Source of the DNA: Octopus sinensis
Taxonomy: Eukaryota
NCBI RefSeq assembly: GCF_006345805.1
Contig: NC_043005.1
Location: 97,650,001 to 97,714,000, forward strand
Reading direction: 5' to 3'
DNA: 64,000 nt
The position numbers and the translations under genes are program-made. A model generated the notes under the pieces. The model was given only the letters and a program-made list of their open reading frames with translations, did no database searches and was not told the origin of the DNA. This document shows positions 53,458 to 64,000 of this stretch, piece after piece (within the stretch, counting starts at the first letter, position 1; each line of letters opens with the position of its first letter).

Positions 53458-54977
53458 GTATACAATATTTGTATATATGTACAAATGTATTTGTGACTCC
53501 TTGTCTTGACTTTGCTCAATATTTGTAAACAATAGGCACATGGTTCCAGGCTCAGTCCCACTGCATGGGCAAGTGTTTTCTACTATAGCCTCGGGCTGAC
53601 CAAAGCGATCTGTGTAGATTTAGTAGATGGAAACTGAAAGAAGCTTGTCGTATATATATAAGTGTATGTGTGTGTGTGCGTGTGTGTATATGTTTGTGTG
53701 GCTGTATTTGTCCCCACCATCACTTGACAACCGATGTTGGTGTGTTTATGGCTCTGTAACTAGGTAGTTCAGCAAAAGAAACCAATAGAATAAGTACAAG
53801 GCTTACAAAGAATAAGTCCTGGGGTCGTTTTGTTCGACTAAAGGTGGTGCTCCAGCATGGCCACAGTCAAATGACTGAAACAAACAAATGAATAAAACAA
53901 TAAACGTCTCTATCCTAAAGGCCGTATCATTCGTCTGCAATCTTCCATGTAAACATTTCCAACTAATACACTGTTTGTGTTTAAAGGATTAAGGGGTGGG
54001 GGAGAAATATTTTCTTACTTGGAAACAGGTGTGGGTTGGGGACAAGAAGAGCATCTGTCTCAATAAATTTCCTCTTCCCTACACAAGCATGGAAAAGTGG
54101 ATTTATACAAAGACTCTGTTTACATTTTCAATGTGGAGTTTTAGTTATTAATTCTTCATTGGTAGTTTGCAATTTTAAATATGCTGGGTGGGAAGACAAG
54201 CTGGACCACACCAATATTTGAGTTTTCATATATTTCATTTAACCCACATCATATATATTTACATGTGTTCATATAAATAAGTCAACAGAACTATGTTCAT
54301 GAAACCATAGATATAATAGTTAGGAATCTTCTGTAATACAATATATTAGATCTTATAATGAAGCAGTTCATAGTTATTGAAGATAAAATCAGTAGGAAGC
54401 GTTGAAACTACAGCATATAGACAAAGTGTGATTTGATACTATGATCAAAGTTGGTACCTTTTGTTGAAAACCACACAAGCATGTTAAATAAGAAAATGGG
54501 AAAGAGGGCAAGAGACCAACTCACTGAGCAAAGAGACGTAGTTTTGTATGGAATGCTGAATAGCTCTAATCTGAGATACAATTTGCCTGCTTTTTATAGC
54601 TGTAAGCCAAATTTCCCAGAACCTTTCACCAAGCTATTTGGTGGGAAAAACTTGCACACTTCATCTGAAATTTTCCACATCAACCATTACAAGTCAGCTA
54701 ATGCTAATTGGTCAAGCATATTCACATAGGCATTAATGCTCTTTACAATGATATGGTATGCTGTCCTACTTACTCCCTGTGAAATTCATCACATTACCTG
54801 TAAGAATTTATCCCTTGCTGATTAGTCAAGCCATATTCACATTAATACCTTTTATGACGATGTAGTTGGTTGTGGCCCTGAGCTGGAAAAACTCGAGAGT
54901 GATAGTTTTAAACATTATCATCATCCGCTCAACAATCTTTGAATTTTTCTCATAACATTTGAAACTGGCTGAATTTA

Positions 54978-55365
54978 CATAAGCCATTAACTTTTGCTCT
55001 TCAGTCTAAATTAGAGAAAAATTCTCCAAGGAAAACCAGGAGCCTTGATTCTGTATTGCAGTTTACTGCCGACATCCATTATATTCAAGATTCTTATAAT
55101 GATGCAGCTGATGCCTTATCCTGAGTTCATGTGATTTCTTTGTACTTTCTATTAATTTGGTAAGTATTCTTATGGACAAAGATTTGGATGAAGAATTACA
55201 ACTACTAAAAACACTCTGTGTCATCTTTAGAATTCTGTTTTGTTCCTGTCTCTGCTTCCATCATGCCCATTTGGTAAGATATTTCTACCGGTCATTAACG
55301 ACCTTTTCTGTCTGCTAAACATAGATACTCAATTTTTTTCTGCTCTTGACAATTTATCTCAGTCT
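54978..55365 (+). mobile_element. Gypsy LTR retrotransposon pol fragment (RNase H end, connection, start of integrase zinc-binding region)
   Basis: HKPLTFALQSKLEKNSPRKTRSLD..QFTADIHYIQ..N.AADALS* followed by W*DISTGH*RPF. Confidence 0.8.
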
Positions 55366-55948
55366 ATTGAAAGAATATAAAAAGCTTTCGTTCCTGCTCA
55401 TACACCTGAGATAACTCCATATTCACACACAACAGCAGAATTACTTATACATATACAGACATTCTCAGTACACAAAACTATTGTTCCATAAAAAGACATA
55501 GCCACTATGTAAAATACTATGTATAGTACCTTATTTTTGTGCTATAACTACATATATTTTGGAGAATTTTGCACTCTGTATACATTGTGAAATATTTTTT
55601 CATATGGTTTATGTAATGTTAGATCATCATCATCATCATCATTTAACATCCATTTTCCATATTGACATGGGTTGGATGGCTTGACTGGAGTTGACAAACC
55701 AAAGGACTACACCAAACTCCACTATTGGGTTTGGCATGGTTTCTATGGCTGAATGCCCTTCCTAACACCAACCACTTTACAGAGTGGACTGGGTGCTTTA
55801 TGTGGCACCAGCATCAGTGAGGTTACCAGGTAAATTGCAAGAGGGGAAGAGTACTAGCAGAGATGGCTTTGCGTCAGGTGATGAGAGATTAGACTCTGAC
55901 AGAGGGACAGGAACAGGCGTCTTGTAAAGGAGATAAATGGTTACCACA

Positions 55949-55985
<37 letters not shown>

Positions 55986-56272
55986 AGAGTGAAAGAGAGT
56001 GAGGGTGGAAGAGAGCAAGAGTGAGAGACATGGTGGTAGAATGCCAGGTATAGGGATGAGAATATAAATTGGATGGTAGAGCCTTGCTAAGGGGGTTCAT
56101 GTGAATTCAAAGAAGTGGGAAGTGGATAATGTAGTGAGTGGTGACACCAATGATACACAGTGGGTAGGGCAGTGAGGACAGGATTGGGCTGCAGGAATGA
56201 GGGGGAAACATAAACATAGTGTAAGTAAAAGAGGATATGAGTAGAAGAAGAGGAGAGACGTTTATTGGGGTA

Positions 56273-58419
56273 CATCATCATCATCATCATCATTTAGCGT
56301 CCGTTCTCCATGCTAGCATGGGTTGGACGGTTCAACTGGGGTCTGGGTAGCCCGAAGGCTGCACCAGGCCAGTCAGATCTGGCAGTGTTTCTACAGCTGG
56401 ATGCCCTTCCTAACGCCAACCACTCCGAGAGTGTAGTGGGTGATTTTATGTGCCACCGACACAATTGCCAGACGAGGCTGGTGAACGGCCACGCTCGGAT
56501 GGTGTTTTTTATGTGCCACCGACACAGGTGCCAGACGAGGCTGGCAGACGGCCACGCTCGGATGGTGTTTTTATGTGCCACCGACACAGGTGCCAGATGA
56601 GGCTGGCGAACGGCCACGATCAGATGGTGTTTGTTACGTGCCCGCAGCACATAGGCCAGTCGATGCGGTACTGGCTATGGTCACGTTCGGATGGTTTTCT
56701 TGTGTGCCACCGGCACTGGTATCACAAAGATACAAATTCCATTGATGTTCATCTATTTTGATTTGTTTTTTGATTTACACTTGCCTCAACAGGTCTTCAC
56801 AAGTGTCATGTGCCACCGACACAGGTGCCAGATGAGGCTGGTGAAATGGCCACGATCGGATGGTGTTTCTTACTTGCCCACAGCATGGAGGCCAGTCGAT
56901 GCGGTACTGGCTACCGCCACGTTTGGATAGTTTTCTTGTGTGCCACCGGCACTGGTACCACAAAGATACAAATTCCATTGATGTTCATCTATTTTGATTT
57001 GTTTTGATTTGATTTTCACTTGCCTCAACAGGTCTTCACAGTGTCACAAGAAGGAAGGAAGGTATGCACAGGTGGACTGACTACGTCCCACGTAGGGGCC
57101 ACGGGTTATGGCCTGACTAGTCTTGCCGGGTCTTCGGTTGGTGTTTTTATGTGCCACCGACACAGGTGCCAGATGAGGCTGGCGAACGGCCATGATCGGA
57201 TGGTGTTTGTTATGTGCCCACAGCATGGAGGCCAGTCGATGCGGTACTGGCTACGGCCACGTTCGGATGGTTTTCTTGTGTGCCACTGTACTGGTATCAC
57301 AAAGATACAAATTCCATTGATGTTCATCTATTTTGATTTGTTTTGATTTTCACTTGCCTCAAAAGGTCTTCACAAGTGTCACAAGAAGGAAGGTATGCAC
57401 AGGTGGACTGACTACGTCCCAGGTAGGGGCCACGGGTTATGGCCTGACTAGTCTTGCCGGGTCTTCGGATGGTGTTTTTATGTGCCACCGACAGAGGTGC
57501 CAGATGAGGCTGGCAAACGGCCACGAACGGATGGTGTTTGTTACTTGCCCACAGCACGGAGGCCAGTCGATGCGGTACTGGCTACCACCACGTTTGGATG
57601 GTTTTCTTGTGTGCCACCGGCACTGGTACCACAAAGATACAAATTCCATTGATGTTCATCTATTTTGATTTGTTTTTTGATTTTCACTTGCCTCAAAAGG
57701 TCTTCACAAGTGTCACAAGAAGGAAGGAAGGTATGCACAGGTGGACTGACTACGTCCCACGTAGGGGCCACGGGTTATGGCCTGACTAGTCTTGCCGGGT
57801 CTTCGGATGGTGTTTTTATGTGCCACCGACACAGGTGCCAGATGAGGCTGGCGAACGGCCACGATCGGATGGTGTTTGTTATGTGCCCACAGCACGGAGG
57901 CCAGTCGATGCGGTACTGGCTACGGCCACGTTCGGATGGTTTTCTTGTGTGCCACCAGCACTGGTATCACAAAGATACAAATTCCATTGATGTTCATCTA
58001 TTTTGATTTGTTTTGATTTTCACTTGCCTCAAAAGGTCTTCACAAGTGTCACAAGAAGGAAGGTATGCACAGGTGGACTGACTACGTCCCACGTAGGGGC
58101 CACGGGTTATGGCCTGACTAGTCTTGCCGGGTCTTCGGATGGTGTTTTTATGTGCCAACGACACAGGTGCCAGATGAGGCTGGCGAACGGCCACGATCGG
58201 ATGGTGTTTGTTACGTGCCCACAGCACGGAGGCCAGTTGATGCGGTACTGGCTACCTCCATGTTCGGATGGTTTTCTTGTGTGCCACCGGCACTGGTACC
58301 ACAAAGATACAAATTCCATTGATGTTCATCTTGTTTTGATTTGTTTTGATTTGATTTTTACTTGCCTCAACAGGTCTTCACAAGTGTCACAAGAAGGAAG
58401 GTATGCACAGGTGGACTGA
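56273..58419 (-). repeat. Second RTE-derived composite array: (GAT)n tail, LINE 3' end, two 62-63-bp repeats, then ~5.8 large units
   Basis: Large units start at 56575, 56810, 57151, 57482, 57820 and 58152 (lengths 235, 341, 331, 338, 332 and a partial unit). Confidence 0.92.
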
Positions 58420-58439
58420 ATACTGAATACAAAGTGTGA

Positions 58440-59480
58440 AAAATGTTAATGTTACATCTGCGTAGAACACAGTGTTTCCAGATCTCAGTAAGATGGGTGG
58501 GTCTTCTCAAGAATCTCATATTCCCAGACATCTCAGTCTATTGTCATCTCTTTGGTGAGGCCCAACATTCTGAGATCAGTCCTTACCACTTCATCCCAAG
58601 TCTTCCTAGGTTTCCCTCTTCCACAGTAGCCATATACATTAAGTGATCAGCACTTCTTTATACAGCTGTCCTCATTCATACGCATCACATGTCCAAACCA
58701 ACGCAGTCTTCTCTCTTGCATGCTATGTCTGATTTCTCTTATGCCCAACTTTTCTCTCAGCCCATTTACACTTTGTTGTACATGCACACTGATGGTGCAT
58801 CTCCACTGGAGTATACTAGCTTCATTCTTCTCTAGTTTACACATTTAGAACCTATGTTTTATTCCCATAGAGTATAGCTGTTTGTACATTAGCATCATAC
58901 AATCTGCCTTTCACTCTGAGAAAGAGTCCTCTGTTGCTAACAGAAGTAATAACTCTTTGAACCTCTTCCATTCTATTCTTATTCTTGCAACAATACATTT
59001 AGAACATCCTCCACCACTGCTAATTTGATCACTTAGGTAACAGAAACAAGTTAAGAGAGCCCCCTGGGCATTCGGGAGAGTCTAATTCCTGTGTGTCCTG
59101 AGTGTTTATTGCTCCCCCACAATAGCCACGTACAAAGATGACATTCTGTCAATCTACCTGTGATTCTGTTGCACTTCTTACATCTCCATATCTTGTAATG
59201 GGTGCAGCAAATGGAACTTCTTCCAACACCTTTCTTTCACTGAATTCATTAGTGTGTTCATGGTTGACTCTCATCTACCACTGCTATACATGACTTGTAC
59301 AGCTCTAACAAGCCACTCATCTACTCCTAACTTCCTAAGAGACCACTTGATAACAGAGTGAGGGACTCTGTCGAAAGTTTTCTCCAGGTTAACAAAAGCC
59401 AAATACAGTACAGTGACCAGATACTTCTCCTGTAGCTGTCTCACTAGGAAGATGGCATCTGTAGAACTCTTCCCAAGCAC
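58440..59480 (-). mobile_element. Decayed RTE LINE RT region
   Basis: GKSSTDAIFLVRQLQEKYL..LYLAFVNLEKTFDRVPHSVIKWSLRKLGVDEWLVRAV; LREKLGIREIRHSMQERRLRWFGHVMRMNEDSCIKKC. Confidence 0.92.
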
Positions 59481-60342
59481 AATTCTGGTGAGCTGGCAGA
59501 ATTGTTAGCATGCTGAGCAAAATGATTAGCAGCCTTTTGTCTGTCTCCACATCCTGAGTTCAAATTCTGCTGAGGCTGACTTTGTCCTTCATCCTTTTGG
59601 AGTTGATTAAAATAAATACCAGTTTAACACTGGGGTGGATGTAACTGACTTCCCCACTCTCCCAAAATTGCTGGCCTTGTGCCAAAATTGGAAATCAGTA
59701 TTCTTAGTCTTTCAAGTATTTCTTTTTTTAATGAATAGAGAAAAACAAAATAAAAAATTATTCCAAATCCTTTTAATGTCGACTTGTTTTGATTTATTTC
59801 CTTTTCTGTGAAATTCCCTTTTCAATTTAAGATGACAAAGTGGAGAAGAAGGGGAATAAGGTCAATTATTTGTCTTATTCTTGGCTGTCTGTAATTTTAC
59901 CAGACTCATACCCAGACCCGGACCATATTCTGTTTGAAATAGGAACCTTTATTTCTAAACTAATATAGGTTTGTATAGGTTTGAATTGTGTATGGTGCTG
60001 TGTTTGTGTGGCCTGGAGATAGACATCTGGCGATGATCAAAGATTAAACTGATTGAGACAAAGCATAGATGCAAATATTGTTTCTAATTTAGGCGCAAAG
60101 CCAATGATTTTGTGGCAAAGGGATTAGTCAATATCAGCAATCCCAGAACTTGACTAATGTTATATTTTATCAACACTGAAAGAATGAAAGCAAAGTTGAC
60201 CTCCACTAGATGTGAACAGAACAGCATAGATGTACATATATATATAAAAGAAAAACAGTATTTCATTTACAAAGATGAGATTAATCATATTGACAATTTG
60301 CATATTGTAAAATTTTCCTCCTGATGATGACAACTATGATGA

Positions 60343-60720
60343 TGATGATGATGATGCTGGGAATGGTAGTGACAATGATGATGATGATGGCGATGATGAT
60401 GATGATGATGATGATGACAGTGATGGCAAAGATACTGCTGCGGACACCGCTAACAATGACAGCGCCACCACTGGCACTGACACCGATGACAATATCACTG
60501 CCACCACTGTCAAAGATGATGACGATGATAATAATGATAATGATGTTAGTGGTGGCGGTGGCGGCGGCGGTGGTGGTGGTGGTGATGACGATGATGCTGA
60601 TGGTGGTGGTAGCTATAGCGATTTGAAGACAATGACAATGGCAACAAACAACGATGGTGATGGTGTTGATGAGGACAAGGATCGTGACACCAATGATAAT
60701 AATGACAATGATAATGGCTT
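60343..60720. repeat. Compound trinucleotide low-complexity tract (GAT/GAC/GGT/AAT)
   Basis: About 380 bp of mixed triplet runs. Confidence 0.85.
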
Positions 60721-61018
60721 CAAAGTTTATTCATTTATATGCATAAAATATTCACCCTGTAGGAAGGAACTCTATAAAACCAACGTAAGTCTCTATTCTA
60801 TGGATTTTTCCCCAATTCTATGATAACATTGTATTTGACAATATGCATCCATAACAATTCTAATGTCTATTTTTCCAGCTATGCTCTTACACAAAACTGT
60901 TAATCTGCACTTAACAATAAATTTTTGCTCTGTTAAATATACATCTTCCATGGCTATAACTAGAATTGCCCATTCTTTCTCTGAAGCTAAGAAGCAATTT
61001 TCCTTTTTGACTAGTGAT

Positions 61019-61054
<36 letters not shown>

Positions 61055-61129
61055 CATATATATATATCTATATATATCTATATATGTATCTATATATACA
61101 CACACACACACACACATATATATACATAC

Positions 61130-62150
61130 AGGTGTCGATAAATAAATTATCGTCTAAATTAATACAAGAATGAAAATAACATTCACATCTCATATTAACA
61201 GATATATTTACCAAAATTACATAATTATATTTTCAAATACTAAAGAGTAAATGTATTTCAATAAAATCGCCACTGGCTTCAACCACAGCCTCAAGACAGT
61301 TTTGGAATCTCCAGCAACTCTTCTGGATGGTCTCCTTGTTTAATATGGTGAATGCTGCCATAATCCTTGCCTTCAGTTCATCTGTAGTGTTGCAAGGAGT
61401 TTTGTTGGTCTCTTGCTCAACTGTGCCCCACACATAATAATCAAAGGGTTTGCAGTCTGGAGAGTTAGGTGGTCAGATGATAGGGGTGATGTGGTCTCAG
61501 AAATTGTCTGACAGTCATGACTGGGTTCTCCTGCTTGTGTGATATGGTGCAGAGTCCTGTTGCCAGACTTAGGGTCTTTCAACAGCCATCCTATTGAGCC
61601 AAGGCAGCATAACCTCCTCCAGGCACTTGTTGTAGGCCTCTGTGTTGAGGCTGAGGCCGAGTGAGAAGATGAATGAAGGCATAACGTCATCATCACTAGT
61701 GATCACTCCAAACACCATGATGTTAACTAGATGCTTAATTTTTATCACTCATTGTACATGTTTTGGGGACATGGCTAGCCAGTGGTTGTTCTGTGTGTTC
61801 ATCATCTGAGTTTGGCAAAAATTTTTCTCATCTCAGAAAAACCAAAGTATGTTCCATTGCAGAGGATGCTTGAGTTTGTTCAAAAGCTTCGTAGTGTGGT
61901 CTTTCATCTTGTCTTTGATGACTTGGGATAAAAATTGGCCCTTTCTCATCTTTGGCTTCCTGCACTACCTGCCTCATAAGAAACTCAGACACTCTGATGT
62001 CCCTGGCTATGGACCTGACTGACTTGGAAGGATCGTTGTCAATCTCACCAACAAATTCAGGAGTTCTTGTCTTATCAGAATGCTCAGAGTGAGTTTTCCA
62101 ATCTGCCTTACCTTTGTAATCACCATTAGACTCATCCATCTCTTTCAGTT
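61130..62150 (-). mobile_element. Decayed maT-type (DD37D) Tc1/mariner transposon; related pieces at ~62870-63290
   Basis: VWQQDSAPYHT...*PPNSPDCKPFDYYVWG with 37 residues between the second and third D. In-frame stops present. The element end lies near TA at ~61127. Confidence 0.88.
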
Positions 62151-62869
62151 CTATATTTAAGATATGAGGAATTATGTACATTATTTACATTATTTACATC
62201 TGAAGGATATTTGTCCTCATCTTGTTTGTTGTTAACACAATGTTTCGGCTGATATAACCTCCAGCAAATATCCCCTTTGAGTAAAACCACCAATAGAAGA
62301 GAATATGACCAAGAACTGTGTGTACTACATCCCATGCAGGTGTAGTAGGTTATACAAAGGCGAAACATGTTTCCCCCTCAAAATAAGGGTAGACGAACAT
62401 CGCAAAGCTGTGACACAGGGAGATATTGATAAATCGGGTATAGCTGATCATGTATGGAAAAATGGAGACCACCTCCACCTGTGGGGTGAAGTTAAAATAA
62501 TAGACAGAGAGCACCACTGGAAAATACGAAAACAAAAAGAAGCAGCACATATGCTAGGGCACAACAACCTCCTAAGCAGACCGACTGCAGATATGAGTAG
62601 CATATAGGAACCGGTATTAAGGAAGGATAGAAAAATATTAGATTTATAAGACCTAAAATTCACTCCATAATTGCCCACAGGCAAATGGTGTAGTGGTTAA
62701 GTAGTTAAGAATGTGGTTAGAATGCGGGCTACTAACCCCAAGATTCCGAGTTCGATTCCAAGCTGTGACCTGAACAATAATGGTGGTGGTGGTGGTGGTG
62801 ATGATGATGATGATGATGATGATGATCTCACTTAGGAATGAGAACCTCTGAAGAAGGCTGTCATCAGCC
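62150..62869 (+). mobile_element. Penelope-like element 3' fragment: inverted pLTR piece (62150-62265), GIY-YIG endonuclease (ORF 62305-62607), tRNA-like A/B boxes, truncated pLTR
   Basis: VYYIPCRCSRLYKGET..LKIRVDEHRKA...SGIADH.W...IIDREHHWKIRK.KEA matches the PLE GIY-YIG signature. Hammerhead halves at 62848-62860 (+) and 62240-62265 (-). Confidence 0.9.
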
Positions 62870-63360
62870 AGGTTTTTCATTGTCCACCAAATCGCTCTCG
62901 CCAACCCTGAAGGGGAGCTGGGGCAATTGCTTTGTAGATGAATTCTCCTGGTTGACGATGGAGGGCATGACCCAGCCAATGTCTCATTAGGATGACTTGT
63001 CTTTCAGTCTTTGCGACTTTTTCAACTTAGATTAAGGCATGAAAAACAATTAAATTGAGGAAAAATTAAATGAAATGTCTTTTAAAAATATTTCTATAGT
63101 TTCCAAATACAAGGGACATTTTCCTTTTTTCTGTCTGTCGCTGTCTCTCTTTTTTACTCATGTTTTTCTTTGTTTTTCTTGCTTTACTCAGACCCTCTGA
63201 TGTCTCTGGCAATGGACCTGACTGACTTGGAAGGATCGTTGAAAAAGTCGTATAGACTGAAACTGGTACTAAAATGTTCTTCATGATAAAATTATTTTAG
63301 TATTTTCTACCTTGTCTTATTTTGCATAAATACATACATACATAGTACATACATACATAA

Positions 63361-63398
<38 letters not shown>

Positions 63399-63887
63399 GA
63401 TTTTCTTCCACTACAAACTGGAGTGTTATCATAGACTTTTTAGAAACACATGGAAAATGCATGCATTGATAGACAAAGAAAATCATTTAACCAATAAATA
63501 AATAAATAAATAAATAGATAGATAAATAAAAAGAATGGAGATTATTCTTAATGAGGAAATGCTTTTGGTAAATGTATAGATGTCATAACTGCCACTGCCA
63601 AACCTTGGAAGGTTGAAACGGAATTCATTATTTATTGATGAATACATCTGTTCATATTAAGTGAAGCATCTGACACCAGTGAGTAGGTTATGCAAATATT
63701 TATCTTCATCATATATGTAGAAGGAAACAAGCACATGAATTGCACTGTAGCATTTCTGGAGCATTGGCATAGAATCTGCATTTCAGATGGGCTACATGTA
63801 CATGGGTAATGACCAGAAATGATACAAATTTACAGACTGATACCATTTAGAATAGTATTTGTATGTATAATACTTAATATGGATATA

Positions 63888-64000
63888 TGAGGACCAGCTG
63901 AAAAGTCCATAGGCTGACCAAGATACTCTCTTGGAATGTGACAAAATGAGGTTTATTTTTCAACATAATCCCTTTTGTGCTCCACTTCTTCCATTGGTGT
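63888..64000 (-). mobile_element. End of another mariner element, same family as 36310, running off the window
   Basis: TA|TGAGGACCAGCTGAAAAGTCCATAGGCTGACCAAGATACT resembles 36315-36370. Confidence 0.6.

Noticed and set aside
56450-58419. Possible CRISPR-like array
   Set aside because: Whole units repeat with no unique spacers, there are no cas genes and the context is eukaryotic.
62685-62765. Functional tRNA gene
   Set aside because: The D-arm region is interrupted, the anticodon stem is weak and there is no acceptor stem. Treated as tRNA-derived only.

Overview
AT-rich eukaryotic genomic DNA, most likely an octopus or other coleoid cephalopod (inferred from the SINE and LINE families and dense TA/CA/GAT microsatellites; not proven). 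No intact long protein-coding ORF is present. Almost every ORF in the track is a transposon fragment, a microsatellite read-through or a tandem-repeat artefact. Recognisable content: many decayed RTE LINEs and their (GAT)n-tailed 3' derivatives, two tRNA-derived SINE families, HERO-like and R4/Dong-like RLE retroelements, a Gypsy fragment, a Penelope GIY-YIG fragment, mariner and maT (DD37D) transposons, piggyBac and Tigger derivatives, and three long foldbacks. A CpG-rich zone at about 30.6-34.9 kb holds a probable first exon of a minus-strand host gene whose identity I cannot establish. Most interesting: (i) five Penelope-type minimal hammerhead-like motifs from several families, including two copies with a reciprocally swapped G3:C8 core (GUGAACA), one of which is rearranged at the predicted cleavage site; (ii) two related tandem arrays of a ~335-bp RTE 3'-UTR unit, the larger with an alternating A/B higher-order pattern. 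All RNA folds were done by eye and all catalytic claims are untested.
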